Positions 1-12,534 of a stretch of DNA of 64,000 nucleotides are shown in pieces. Position numbers and translations under genes: made by a program. How positions within the stretch are numbered: the first letter of the stretch is position 1; the number at the start of each line of letters is the position of its first letter. The stretch comes from Entomortierella parvispora E1425 (taxonomy: Eukaryota > Fungi > Mortierellomycota), in NCBI GenBank assembly GCA_020891255.1, contig BQFW01000006.1, positions 2,046,001 through 2,110,000 of the forward strand, given 5' to 3'. The notes under the pieces were generated by a model that saw only the letters and a list, made by a program, of their open reading frames with translations, was not told the origin of the DNA and searched no databases.

Positions 1-1920
1 ATAGACGACAAACAAGCTAGAGATTAAAAAGTTCTCCCTTCTTGTAGCTCAAGTCACTGGCAATAGCCCGTCACCATTTTTGTCCTGTTTTTCTACGAAA
101 TTCTGTTCCAGGCCGGGATGGTGACAAAAGTCCTTGAATCCATGCGGCCCGACGTTTGTTCTGTTTGTTCGGCATGCATGGACCAAAGAGCAGAAAGTTT
201 CCAAAGTGGCGAGAGGAGTGTGGGAAACTTTTTTCTTTATCACATCAGAGCCCAGATCCCTCTATTAAAGAAATCAAGGATCGGCATGGTGTAGCAAGCA
301 AGCTGCAGAGTTTTGAGGCATCCAATTCGGCGCAAAGAAAGAAGAGAAAACTCAATTGCTTGACACGCACGGTCCCAGTGAAAGGGATGAGACTGGTCCA
401 AAGGGCGACGGACGTGGGGACGGGGAAAAAAAAATGTCCCAATCCCTAGAATCGGGTCTGTGCTTCCAAAATGCACAAAAGACGCGTCGAAACAGGAGAG
501 CCCCGTCCTTCTCTCGACGACGATAATCTCAATCAGAATCCCAGAAGGACCCTTTTCCTTGCATGCACGACCTTGTGGTTAGTGGTGTTGAGCGGGGCAA
601 GGGGGGTTGGGGTCCCAAGGCAGGGTGAAGAATGAAGCGCGTATCCCCTTCCATTGCGGGTTAGCCCTGCCGGCACCCTTGATCGCAAGATGTAGGCTGA
701 ACAGTAGTGTATCTTCTCTCACGCTCTGTCTCTCGCTCGTCCCGCAATCCTCTCCCCCTTCCTCTTTCCCGTCTCCCTCCCTCTTGCTCTCTCTGTCTCT
801 CTCCCCTGCGAGATACTTGCCTCTTTTTTCTTGCTCGCCAACCCTTGCGGACTCTCCTTTTGATGCAGGTCAATCATCTTTCTCTCCGACCCTCTGTGCG
901 TTATATGCAAATCCAACGACCGAAACAAAGGTGCGAGTTGAAAAGAGACACGGAAAAAAAGGAGAGCCACCCCAAGAAGGACGCGACATGTACAACCGAA
1001 TCTTGCAGGAGGAAGAAGGGGAGTAGGGACACAGCAGGGCATTAAACTGGTATGGAACAAGAACAAAGACGAATGGATCCATGGTGCAACTGCATGGAGC
1101 CTCCATGGGGGTTTTGGATCCAAGTATGGACTTTTTTTTTTGTTTGTTTCTTTCCACCAATGGTTTGTTGATTTGAACTAATAGCAACTCCCTCGGTTGT
1201 CATGATCCTCAAACATTGAACATCATCCTCTTACTCTCATTCCTGCACCACCAAAAATGAACGACCTGGGACCAACGGAGTATATCGGTGAGGCAGGTAC
1301 CAAGAAGAGAAAGAAGAAACAATTATACAAAAGGGCATCATAGGAAAATTAGGGCAAACATGACAACATAAAACAACGATACATATAGACCCCCCTTTCC
1401 CAACTGTGGTCAGCAGTATAATTTTCATCATCTCTTCTGTATCAACAGCACTTTGCGCTCGGCAAAAGAACCGTCTTTTCGACTTCAAGGTCATATTTTG
1501 TGTGTGTCTATAAGGTTGTCTGGTGGTTCATTGGTAGCGTGGTAGGGTCGATGCACTGCCTCCAGTTGCCGATTGCCATTGTCGATCCTCACAACAAAGA
1601 TGCACAAACTGTCTCCTCTGCAAGTTCATCACTACTCTCTGCTTGGCTTGGATATCTGATGTACGCGACCTTTTTCAATGGTCCCCCACACAGACACCTA
1701 CGCAGCTACGAGGGAGACACCCCCTTTCAAGTTCCACCAAGCGGCTGCAGGCGCCCTCAACTTTCTTCTTCTTCTTGGAAACAGGAGGCCTAGATCGGAG
1801 GTGACATCTTTCGTTTCGTGACACAGAAGACTTTTTCAGTCCTCTGTCTTTCTCTCTTTCCATCTCTCTCTCTCTATGTCTCTATCTCTCTTTTCTCTAA
1901 CATTCCTTCTCTTCTGTTTC

Positions 1921-1958
<38 letters not shown>

Positions 1959-2006
1959 ACATCAGCAAGCATTCTCGATAACAAGCAATTATACAGGCCC
2001 TAAACA

Positions 2007-3491
2007 ATGACGAGTTCTTCAGAGCATCCATTTGCGGATTCGTGGTCAACATCGCCGCTACCATTCTCATCATCTGAGGATGCTCATCATACACTGGAGA
2101 ATTTTTCCCCTCCGGTGCCCGCAAAGAATGATGTTTTCGCTTTTCAGACTCTCCAATTCTCTTTCCAAGCCCGAGGCGTTGAACTCACGCCTCCTGTGTT
2201 GATCGCCACCAATTCCATTGATCCAAACAATGACAACGACAATGGCAATAACAACAACAATGACGAGGTCCAAATCAATAATAACAATATCGACCTGACA
2301 GGAGGCTCAACTCTGTCCGTCGTCCAACCCTCACGCGCGACCATCAGTCGGAGCAAAGTCTCCCATAGCGGGGTGGAGTTGAACGGGACCATGACACTGG
2401 CCTACATGGCGTGTCAGATGTTGCCTGATCCGATACATGTCCGAGAAGTCTCAATGGCCCCATCCGATGCATCACATTCACCTGTGCTATCAAGAGGAAC
2501 AGCAGCCACAGGGGGCGCAGCAGTAACAACAGCAGCAACAACGACAGCAGCAACAACACCCCTCCCTTCGGAAACAGTCGTCGAGGGAGATCCACTGCGT
2601 CGGCTAGTGGAATCTGCATTTGCGATCGAGTATTTCAAAGATCAAGATTGTTCCCAGTTCTTGATGGCGACGGCTGGATCCAAAGTCAACATTCAAGAGG
2701 CTGAGGACCGTTGGATCAACACATATGACGACAGGTTAGATTCCCGGACGGGAGCAACGACAGGATTGTTCGATCCAAAGACTTTTAAGGACAACATTCG
2801 CCATGGTCGTGCGGTCAGTGTTCGATGGGTTGGCCTAGTTTCTTTGAGCGAGTTCTTGCTCGAGAAATCAAAACGCGTCCAAGATCTTGAAAGACGGAGG
2901 CACATGCGGAGAGCCATAGTGGGATCAGCGCGAAAAGTAACTAGAGACGTCGAAGAAGATGACGACGAGGATGATGACGACGAGGATGATGACGAGGAAG
3001 AGGATGACGAGGAAGAGGATGACGAGGAAGAGGATGACGAGGAAGAGGATGACGAAAGCGTTGACGACGATGATGAAGACGACGACCACGACGACGACGA
3101 GGATGAGGTCGACAATGATGCACACATCCAAGACGACGAAGACGATTCTTCTCCAGACAAGCGCCATGAAATCAATGGCGAAGAGAATGGCTATGTCAGT
3201 TGGGTACCTTTCTTGCCATCATATATCTATCCTCCACCACGGATAGTTCTCGATGCCTCGGCTAGGGTAGCAGGTTCAGGTGCACAAGGGACTGTAGACC
3301 CGACGTCTAAACACAACAGCACCAACGGCGGTCAGAAGGGCGCTGCTTCCAGAGGGCTGGACCATGAAACATCGCAGATTGTGATGGCAGGACTGGTTGT
3401 CGGTCTGCTTTTGTTCCTTGGATCCTTTCTCATGGCCGTACACTACCGGCAGAGGAGAAAGAAATGGTACGAGGAAGATGGGGAAGTATGA
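2007..3491 (+). CDS. Hypothetical 494-aa single-pass membrane protein with a long Asp/Glu tract
   Basis: Uninterrupted 494-codon ORF with an in-frame TAA at 2001 just upstream. C-terminal hydrophobic helix (IVMAGLVVGLLLFLGSFLMAV) followed by a basic stop-transfer stretch (HYRQRRKKW). No recognisable domain. Confidence 0.75.
   Translation: MTSSSEHPFADSWSTSPLPFSSSEDAHHTLENFSPPVPAKNDVFAFQTLQFSFQARGVELTPPVLIATNSIDPNNDNDNGNNNNNDEVQINNNNIDLTGGSTLSVVQPSRATISRSKVSHSGVELNGTMTLAYMACQMLPDPIHVREVSMAPSDASHSPVLSRGTAATGGAAVTTAATTTAATTPLPSETVVEGDPLRRLVESAFAIEYFKDQDCSQFLMATAGSKVNIQEAEDRWINTYDDRLDSRTGATTGLFDPKTFKDNIRHGRAVSVRWVGLVSLSEFLLEKSKRVQDLERRRHMRRAIVGSARKVTRDVEEDDDEDDDDEDDDEEEDDEEEDDEEEDDEEEDDESVDDDDEDDDHDDDEDEVDNDAHIQDDEDDSSPDKRHEINGEENGYVSWVPFLPSYIYPPPRIVLDASARVAGSGAQGTVDPTSKHNSTNGGQKGAASRGLDHETSQIVMAGLVVGLLLFLGSFLMAVHYRQRRKKWYEEDGEV
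2952..3147 (+). repeat. Coding acidic low-complexity tract including ~4 copies of the 15-bp unit GAGGATGACGAGGAA (EDDEE) at 3000-3056
   Basis: Read directly from the sequence. Confidence 0.9.
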
Positions 3492-3696
3492 AAGAAAAAG
3501 TTGCCAAGAAAAAAAAAAAAAAGTTGAAAATAAAACTTTGCAAAGATCCTCTCCTCATCGAAGGACAGGGCAGGACGCCACAGGATCAAGCACAACCATT
3601 CAAGGAGAGTTGTTCTTTTGGATTATGATGAACGTTTCTATACATTTTAATGAGTGTTATACAGTTGAAAGCAACGGGGAGGATGCTTTGGTGATG

Positions 3697-4680
3697 CTAC
3701 TGATCGAGGTGCTTGGACCCAGATTTACTCAAGAGACCACTGTTCGATTCTCGCTCATCTTCGAGGCTATGACCCTCACCGGAGCCCTGGCCTTCATCTT
3801 CCTCGTCGTCCTCGTCGTCGTCCTCATCCTCTAGCGCAAACGAATTATGTTCCATCCTGTCCTTGGTTGTCAGCAAAATATCCTCGTCACCTTCTCCAAT
3901 CTCCTCCTCCATGGCATTTTGACGACTGACATCGTTTCCTCCTCCTGCGACGCGGTTATATGGCAAAACGTCCTTGCCCTTATCATCGTCACCCATCATG
4001 CCTCTTCCCACTTTCCTCCAGAACACGACGCCTCCAACGGACAGCACCGCCAATGTTCCAATGACGCCTCCAAAGAAAGTCGAAGAATAAGATGTTTCCT
4101 CGTCATTGGCTCCTGTTTGTCCATGTCCAGGCTCTTTCACTGGTTCCTGACCTCCTGTGGCAGGCGGGGGTTGTGTGGGTTCTTCTTGTTTGGGTGGTGG
4201 TTGTTCGGGCTCTGGTGATGTCGGTGGTGGGGTACTGCTTCCAGGCATCAAAGGGAACGCCACCGTCTGCAACTCTCCGATCGCATCTTCACTCCAACCC
4301 ACCCAACGATAGGATCGGGCACTGCCAGGGTAGCCGAGATAATAACCATCCATGGCATAAGCAAAAGCACCTCCACATTCTGGATCCTTGTAAAAGTTGA
4401 CGGTCGCATTCTTGGGGACCATGGTCAGGTAGGAAAACGGGATGGTGTCGGCGGCTTCGGTAACAAAGCATGTGTTGAACAGGGCGAATTCCGATGCAAG
4501 TTCTTCGTTGGTGTTCTTCCAGTACGAGAGTTGGACCTTGTCCGTGGCCAGTGGAGAAGTGTTGGCGCCGGCTCCGGATGCTTGAGCATGGACAGAAGAG
4601 GACAAGGTGATGAGCAACAGCATCAGGGTGCTGGCACTGGCCATGCCTGCTTGGGTTGCTGAAGTTGAGGCGAGCCTCAT
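3697..4680 (-). CDS. Uncharacterised type I membrane protein (signal peptide, two-Cys ectodomain, Pro-rich stalk, TM helix, acidic tail); paralogue of 52327-53439
   Basis: Intronless 327-aa ORF. N-terminal hydrophobic signal (TLMLLLITLSSSVHA), TM segment (FFGGVIGTLAVLSVGGVVFW) followed by RK. Confidence 0.85.
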   Translation of the reverse strand: MRLASTSATQAGMASASTLMLLLITLSSSVHAQASGAGANTSPLATDKVQLSYWKNTNEELASEFALFNTCFVTEAADTIPFSYLTMVPKNATVNFYKDPECGGAFAYAMDGYYLGYPGSARSYRWVGWSEDAIGELQTVAFPLMPGSSTPPPTSPEPEQPPPKQEEPTQPPPATGGQEPVKEPGHGQTGANDEETSYSSTFFGGVIGTLAVLSVGGVVFWRKVGRGMMGDDDKGKDVLPYNRVAGGGNDVSRQNAMEEEIGEGDEDILLTTKDRMEHNSFALEDEDDDEDDEEDEGQGSGEGHSLEDERESNSGLLSKSGSKHLDQ

Positions 4681-5122
4681 GGGAAAGGGAATGTAATGTC
4701 TGGTTTCCTGTTCCTGATGTTGTTGATTGCTGGCAAGTGTCGACTGTCAAGGGAGAATGATGTTGAAGAGGACAGTCGAGAGCGTGTAGGGGTAATGAGA
4801 AAAGCGAATGATGGTCGAAGGGAAAGAGAAAACAAAGAGAAGAGACCCAAAATAGCACAAGCAAGCTGGGCGCAAGCAAGGCCATATTGGAACCATCCGA
4901 ACTTCAAACGGGCAGTCACTCTTCGCCCCTTGTCATCACTCTCCTCCATCCATCCTCTCTGCCTGCAAGGACTCTGACTTATATGTGGCAAGTAGTCCAC
5001 TACCATGGGCGTCATCGGGACATGACCTCTGCTTGTCCTGACCCGTCACATCTCATCTAACCTGTTTCTTGCCTTGTCCCGCTGTCTTCCCGCGCAACTA
5101 CAACAAAAACCCTCTATTGTAG

Positions 5123-5769
5123 GAAGAACACGGCCCAGAACAGAGGAGACCTCTTTGGAGGAGCAAGCTCATCCAACAGCAACAGTGCCCACAACCGGGA
5201 ACAGCAGACCGCATTACTCTATGAGCAGCAGAACGACTTTCGGATGGAGGAACTCGCTTCCAAAGTCTCTGCTTTGAACAAGGTAACCGCCAGCTCCTAC
5301 TGTCATCACTCTTCAAAGTACAAAAGAGCAAGGGCGGAACGAGGGGCGATTTGTCGAACCAACGTGGCGAATCCTGCTTTGATCCCAACCCCCAAGATCT
5401 TGTAGGACTAAAAAAAAACGCAAACGGACATTTCTCTCTTTTCCTTGTAGATCACAGTCGATATCCATAACGAAGTCCACAGTCAACATACAATCCTCGA
5501 TCAGAATGTAAGCCGGATCGAAGCATGGAAAGGCGATCTGGATTGCTCATGGCTATTGTGTACCCTTCTAACCCCTCCCACTCGCTCTTCCTTAGTCCAA
5601 CTCTTTTAATGAATTCGGCGCGAGTTTTGCAACGACCATCAAGAAACTGAACGTGATGGCACAGCAAAAGTTGGGCAGGAGCATGTGCTTCATGGTCAGC
5701 GCCATCGTCATTGTCTTTTTTATCGTCTACTTTATCATCACCCGGACCAACTCGTCCTCGTCTCCTTGA
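5123..5769 (+). CDS. Golgi Qc-SNARE of the Sft1/Bet1 type (first exon/start upstream of 5123 not resolved)
   Basis: Exons 5123-5282, 5451-5507 and 5596-5769 with GT-AG introns give ...YEQQNDFRMEELASKVSALNKITVDIHNEVHSQHTILDQNSNSFNEFGASFATTIKKLNVMAQQKLGRSMCFMVSAIVIVFFIVYFIITRTNSSSSP*, a SNARE coiled coil plus C-terminal TM. Missed by the ORF track. Confidence 0.8.
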
Positions 5770-6567
5770 ACACACTCTCCCATCATCCCATGTCCTATAA
5801 AATATCTGAAATAAATTAACCCTGTAAATTATAATTTATTCCATATACTGTCTCTTAAATTTGCTCACCTCTTTCATACGGTGACACGACTCATTTCTGA
5901 GTATAAAAGCAACCCTCCAACAAAATTTTCACAGATCTTTACACCTCTCCAACATAATCACCTCCCCGTCCACCTTCAATGGATGATCGAGTTAAACGTT
6001 CTGGAGAGAGACACAATCAGCCTGCACTCTATCCCTTTTCGCCAGTTACTCCTTCACTCGCCCTTTCCTTTCCTTCATTCCCACTTATTACTTCTTCATC
6101 GTTTCCCTTTTTTCGGTCCGATTGAAAAGCAGAAAGAAAAATTTATTTTTTTCTTTCTCATTCGATCAGACTTTGTGAAAGGATCTCGATGAGTTAGAAA
6201 CGGTGGGGAAAGCAAGGATAGGAAGGAATGAGAGGAGGGGTCAGAGAAGGGAAAGGAGCCTGGTATATCTTGCCTGCAGATCGTCCTGGATTCGGGTCTC
6301 TGGTGTTGTTAACCATGGCGCTGGAATCACCCATGACCTTTGGCGATTTGAGGCAAAGATACATTTCTTTCCTCTTTTTTTTTTTTTTTATTTCTTTTAA
6401 AATTCAAAACAAACAAACAAACAAAGGTCATTTGACTGGATCAGGAAAGGGGAGAGAGAGGGAGAGAGAATCGCCTGTTGGATTAAATGGCAGAACTTGG
6501 GATCTCATTCAAGAGATTTGTTGTCAGATCTCGGGATCCAAACCATGGTGATGATCAATATTTTAAT

Positions 6568-8664
6568 CTAATAATCTGCATTCTCGGGTGCCCACAGCTT
6601 GAACGTTCTATCGTATCCGCTTGTGCCCAAGAATCGACCATTGTTCGAGATATCGAGTCCAGTGACTTTTCCTGTGTGGCCCACCAAACTCTTTTGCAAC
6701 TTCCAATCGTCCGCACTCCAGATCTTGACCGTGCCATCAAAACTGGAACTGCCCAAATACAATCCACTCCGGCTGGGTCTTGGAGTCTCACCATCCACAT
6801 GCATCCGTGAGCTGGGATCGTCCTCAGTGAGTGATCCTGCGAAAAACTTGATGTCCGAGACCAGGTTGGTATGGGCAGGGATGGAGTGAATCGAGCGCAA
6901 AGTCCGCAGATCCCAGATGCGGATCGAGTTGTCAGCACTTCCTGTAGCAATTTGGTAGCCATTGGGCGAGAACTCAATTCCCAGAATATCGGAAACATGT
7001 CCTTCCATCGTCAGTGCTGACCGTCCTGTCCTCAGATCCCATACACGTCCAACGGCATCCAAACCACCTGTTGCTGCCAAGGATCCATCGCACTGAAATC
7101 CGATAGCATAGACTTCACGGGAATGACCACGTTGTTCCAAAAGCGCCACGTTGGAATCCACGTCCCATAACCGCCAGGTACCGTCGAATCCTGCACTTCC
7201 CAAAAACCGTCCCGAGGGATGGAATCCAATACGTGCTACTCTTGCAGTATGTCCCTTGAGTGTTTGAATAGGCGTGTCACTATGTTACGTAAAATTAAAA
7301 ATAAAAAAAAGTCAACATCCAGGTATCAATTGCTCGGCAAAAAAGTGCTCCGTTCCAAGATGGTATTCAGCTCTCTTACCTCTCAAGTGACCATAAATGA
7401 ATAAGACCCTCTCCTCCACCTGTGGCCAAGTTGACAGCTCCTCGATCCTGACTAATATGAGCATTGGGATGCCATTTCAGACCACCGATCCTATCCGTAT
7501 GTCCACGTAGGGTATGAACCAATCTCGATTCGGGTACACTCCAGATCTTGCACAGTCCTCCAAATGATCCCGTTGCCAAGAAATTGCTGTCGGGAGAAAA
7601 CGCACACTGGGATAATGGTCTATCATCGCCGATTTGTGACGAGTAATTTCCGTATGTCTTCAGCTTCTCAAATTCCTCTGATCGCATGGCTTTGAAAACC
7701 GCCATTGAAATCTTGTGTTCCTCGTTCTGTCTAGCAACTCTCTTTGCAGCCCTATGAGTGAAAACATGGAAGAGGGTAACGTGGGTTCATTTTAGTGATG
7801 CATCCATGAAAACCCTCCGAATCCATTGCGTCTGATATTCTTCCAGATCCTGCATACCGTGGCAATGAGTAGTGTGCAATCTCCCGGCGCGCCTTCAGCA
7901 AGCTGTCTGTTCCAGGAGTGAAAAACTCTTCCTAAAATCAAAAGGAAAAAAGAGGATGGTCATTAGCCTCTTTATCGATCCAGCACGCACTGCTCTTGCT
8001 GTAAGGGTACCCTACCTCTTCATCGTCCGATCCACTATCGCTTCCCTCGCCATCCGACTCCATTTTGACATCGCCTCCTTCTGTTGTTGAATCCTTGGAC
8101 ATCAAGTGACGAAGACGAGCTCGACGATCCAAATTCTAAGAAAAGGCGATACTATATGTTAGTCCTCATGACATTTGATGAAAAAAAAAAGAGTCAGTCA
8201 GATCCTCTAGAGTCATGACCTACATCTTCCGCAAAGAGGCAAACGGGCTCGCCAAGTTCTCTGAGCTTCTCTCTGACTTTCTTATCATCGGTCGGCACAG
8301 CCAAGGATCGAGCTCTCTTTTTCCTCTCAAACATCTCGAGGACCTCAGAGTGCTGATCCCTGGCCCTCTTGGATGAATCTGAAAAGTCATGCTTTTCCTC
8401 AATTTCTATTCACAGTAACGACACAAACATAGGACGGACATGGTTAGGCTTTCTGTCAATCCCTGTAGCAAAACAAATGCCCAAGCGAATCGATCCTCCT
8501 ATGAGATTGCACGTACTCACGTCGACCTCCGGAATCGGAGTGGTGGCAGCTGGTGATGCAACGGATGCAGCCGCAGCCGCATTAGCACGGTTCCTTGCCT
8601 CGACAACCTCCAGCGAACCGAAGTGAATACGTCCTCCTGCTGGCTTTCCGTTGGTGTTATCCAT
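6568..8664 (-). CDS. PRP4: U4/U6 snRNP protein Prp4 (WD40 repeat), multi-exon
   Basis: N-terminal RIHFGSLE; splicing-factor motif [26 protein letters not shown]...RRARLR; WD40 repeats ([51 protein letters not shown]). Confidence 0.95.
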
Positions 8665-8842
8665 GGTCGAAAGCTGAGGAAGGGTTATTAATGAACAGGG
8701 AGATGACCTTTACAGAGTTCTGAGTGAATGAATGAATGGCAGCATGGAAGGCGCGACCAAGAAAAAGGTGCCTTGGGCAACAGGGTGGCTTAGAGAAACT
8801 TTTCGCCACTAAAATTTATTCTCGGTGAGCGAGCTGGTATTT

Positions 8843-11800
8843 TTAACATCGTTCGAAGACCTTGTAGAGGTCTTTCACTTGCGCAACCTGCACTACTATG
8901 CCTGCTCGTTCAATTAGAGCCTTGGGGGGAATGAAGTGTCTTTTGAGAGCTGGAAATATCAGGGTAGAGACCATGTGCTGGAACCGTGCGTCCTCAATTG
9001 CCTGCGCCGACTTTTTCTTCTCACCGTCCTCGTGTTCAGGATCCGCCGTGTCGGCCTCATCTTCGTCCTCGTCTTCCTCCTCAATTTGATCAGGTTGCGT
9101 AGAATAAAAGATGGCCAACTCCCGGGCAATAGTTTGGAAGCATGCCTTCTCTGAAGTCCAGTCCACCTCGGATCCTAGACGCCACAGGAAATCTGGCAGT
9201 TTCTCCAGGTTGGGGACATATCCTTTGATCATCATAGGAATAGCTGTAATATTTCCGTCGTCTGTAACAACGACGGAAAAGTACTCTTGAAGCATCTCCT
9301 TGCGGCTTATCAACATCTTGGTGACACACTGTTGACAAAAACGAAACCTATTAGCACAATTTAACAAAAAAAGACAAGAATCAAAAGTAAACTGCACAGT
9401 CCTTACCTGGGCAATCTCTTCTTTAGGCTTTAGTTCCTCTGGCCATTCGTCTTTCTCCATAAGGACCTGTTCGTCGTCCAAGGCCATCAGGACCATTTCA
9501 TGGACAGGCGCCGGGGTTGAGAGGCGAATGGACCCAAAATTGGAGAAATCCCGCAAGCAAATCTGATAGAAGAGCTCTTCGCTGACCGCCTCATAGTGAA
9601 TCAAGTAAAGGGCGAGTTCGTTCTGAATCAGCCCTCGTTGGTTGTCGAGGATACCCACAAACGTATGGTTGGAGAAAATCGGCGTCAAAACAGGGTGCCC
9701 TTGCTTCTTGACCTCATCTCTTAGTTGAAGTACACTGGTCAGCTTGACTTCAATCCGTGGTGCCTTTGCCTTGAGAGTCGCACTGAGAGGTTGGTCCGGC
9801 TTGGGTGCTGATGCACGGTAAGAAGACTCGACCAGGCGTCCGTGTAGTTGCTGAGATGCGGATCCAGCACCTTTACCCGTAGAGCCGCTTTTGAACTGTC
9901 CAATTTTTGACAAAAGTGATCCTGTAGCCTGTACTCCCATGGGGTCATCTTCATCCATAGTGCGATCGACATCTTCAAGGTCAACGGTCATAGTTTCATC
10001 CTCTTGAGAAACGGCGTCCATGTCCTCGCTCGACTCCACCTCCAGTCTTATCCTTTTCTGGTTTGACGCGCCAGCAGGTATGTACGGTGCATTGGATACC
10101 AGAAACGAGTCTAGAGTTTGGTCCCGACTATCGTTTCGCACCTGGTCGTATTCGTAGAGCTTTGGAGCTTTAAACGTCAATGGAAGAGGGGACGTTAGTT
10201 TTTGCCCAAAGATAAGGTCGGTTTAAAAGGAGGAGCGGACAAGAGACTTACCAGACTTTCTTGAAATTTCTTCCGACTTGCTTTTAACACTCACTTGAGG
10301 AAGCAATGTTTGCGTCAAAAAGTTTCTGGAAACATTCGCATCTCCCAGTCGGTCCTGGATTGCGTCACATATGGTTGTGATGATTTCCTCCTCATTCATA
10401 AAGTGAACCTAACAAAAAAAAAAAAAAAAAGGGTTGCAGTCTATGGTCAATCCCAACATAATCATTGTCGCCAAAGAATTCAATGGGGCAGAGTAATATG
10501 TACGCCTTTACCTCTCTCTTTGTGGGATGAACATTGACGTCCACATTCTTGGGATCCATTTCAAGAGCTAAGTAGACCCATGGATGAGAATTTTTGGGAA
10601 GATAGGCCGCGTAAACCGCCTCGATCGCTTTCCTGATTGCGGGAGAATCCACCGATCGATCTAATGGCACGCGTGGGTTAGTGGACAAAACAAAAACGGG
10701 CACAGATTGCAAATGATATTTTTCGTCCAGACTTACGATTGATAAAGAGTAAAAACGCAAACTTCTTTACGCTGTAGTTGGCGTTTGAAATCCATCCTTT
10801 GATATTTAGTGGGAATACAGGGAAGCTCTTCTCCAATGACAGTAGCTCGCTTGCGACTGAAGATCCATAAATTTGTCGGATATTGTCGACTACTGAGGCT
10901 GTATTGGTGGTATGGACATCTGGTGTATTTGAGCCGATCTAGAAGCATCAAGGCAAAAGGCAAAGTAAGTCCATGCGAACAGAATAGAGTAAAGGCGAGT
11001 GAACAGAACAGAGAAAGGGTGAACAAAGAAATCGTCAACATACTTTGCGGCAGGTGAAGCTCACACCGGCGTTGTGAATCGCGTACTTGTTCACAACGCT
11101 CAAGATCCTGTTATACTCCTCAGTTGCGTTTTTTAGCGCTTTCCGCCTCGTGGGAACATTGTAGAATAGATCCTCTGCCTGCGCAAGATGAACAAGTCAG
11201 GTTCATCGTAAATAAAACTGCAGCAGGCCGTAAACTATCGAATTGACGTGATATGCTTACTGAGATTTGAGTGCCATTGTTTCCAGCACAAGGCTTTGGC
11301 TCCGCAGTTGCGCCTGGCTTTGCGGGTATAATTACTCCATCCGAGTATGAGGCCCTAGTTGCAAAGAGATCTTACGGTTAAATCGCGGTCCGAGAAACGC
11401 GTCCATTCATGCAGAACAAGACCTCGATCGAGATATAAAAAGAAATAGTTACTTGTATGCGCAGTTGGAGTCTTTTGTCTTGGTGGTGATGGTGACATGG
11501 GCGACATGACTGATACTAGCCAGGGCTTCTCCTCGAAATCCGTAGGTTGACATGGATGACAGATCATCGAAGGTCCGTAGCTTGCTTGTTGTGAATCTTT
11601 CGCAAACAATACCCATGTCCTCGAGCTATCAAGGAGCGAAGTGCATGAGTATTCCTGGAATAAAATGTAAAAAAAAAAAAAAAAAAATGGTGGCGTTCAG
11701 TTCTAACGAACCTTGATACCATGTCCATTGTCCTGGATCTGCAGCAGCTTTAGACCTCCGTCTTTAATGGAGACCTGGATCGCGGTGGATCGGGCATCGA

Positions 11801-12088
11801 GCGAGTTCTCAATGAGCTCCTTGAGGGCATTTGCGGGCCTGTGAATGATCTATGGAAAAAAGTGAGCACGGACATGGACCAGAGGCCATTCATTAGTCAT
11901 GTTTTATTGCCCCGAGGGAGCCTTGCATCCATGAGCTGGACACACGTGCAGCAAACAACCCGTTTCCGCTCGTGCGGACAGGTCCCAAGGCCTACCTCGC
12001 CAGCAGCGATCCTGTTTACAACAGCCTCGTCCAGCCGCCGGATTGTGGGGATGGCAGCAGGGTCTGAGAGAACAGAGTCATCCGCCAT
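8843..12088 (-). CDS. MLH1: DNA mismatch repair protein Mlh1 (MutL family), multi-exon
   Basis: N-terminal [46 protein letters not shown], and the diagnostic C-terminus DLYKVFERC. Confidence 0.97.
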
Positions 12089-12243
12089 GGTGCTATGGAG
12101 AGAGAGAGGGGGGTTGAATGCAGGCACGAAAGGGGAAAGGGGACGAGAGAAAAGAAGGAAACCCCGCCCCGTCTCGCAGTCTGTCCCACCACGCCTTTGT
12201 TCCCCACCCAGATTGGGCACAGCCCGTTCCATCTCTTTGCAGC

Positions 12244-12246
<3 letters not shown>

Positions 12247-12276
<30 letters not shown>
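12247..12276. repeat. Poly(T)30 tract in the ~450-bp divergent promoter between MLH1 and the GUCD1-like gene
   Basis: Read directly. A nucleosome-excluding role is inference. Confidence 0.9.
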
Positions 12277-12277
<1 letters not shown>

Positions 12278-12534
12278 GCCTTTGTCTTGGTCTTCCCTTT
12301 CTGCATGCAAACATTCATTCATTCATTCATCTCTTTCTACCCGCCCCCATTCTCATCCGTTTTCTGTCCTCGTTCTGCTCCTTCTCCTGTCATCGACCCC
12401 TAGGTGTGTGCACCCCGTCTACACCTCATCCTTCCCCCAGACTCTTTTCTGTCTATCTGCCACGTCCCTCTCTCTCTCTGAAAAAACAGGCATTGCTCGC
12501 CTGCTCCATTCACAACCAACCACACTTCATCCGC

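Noticed and set aside
1-2000. Several short ORFs (e.g. 607-1026, 1500-1793)
   Set aside because: Low-complexity CT-rich sequence; no consistent spliced coding model or motif could be built.
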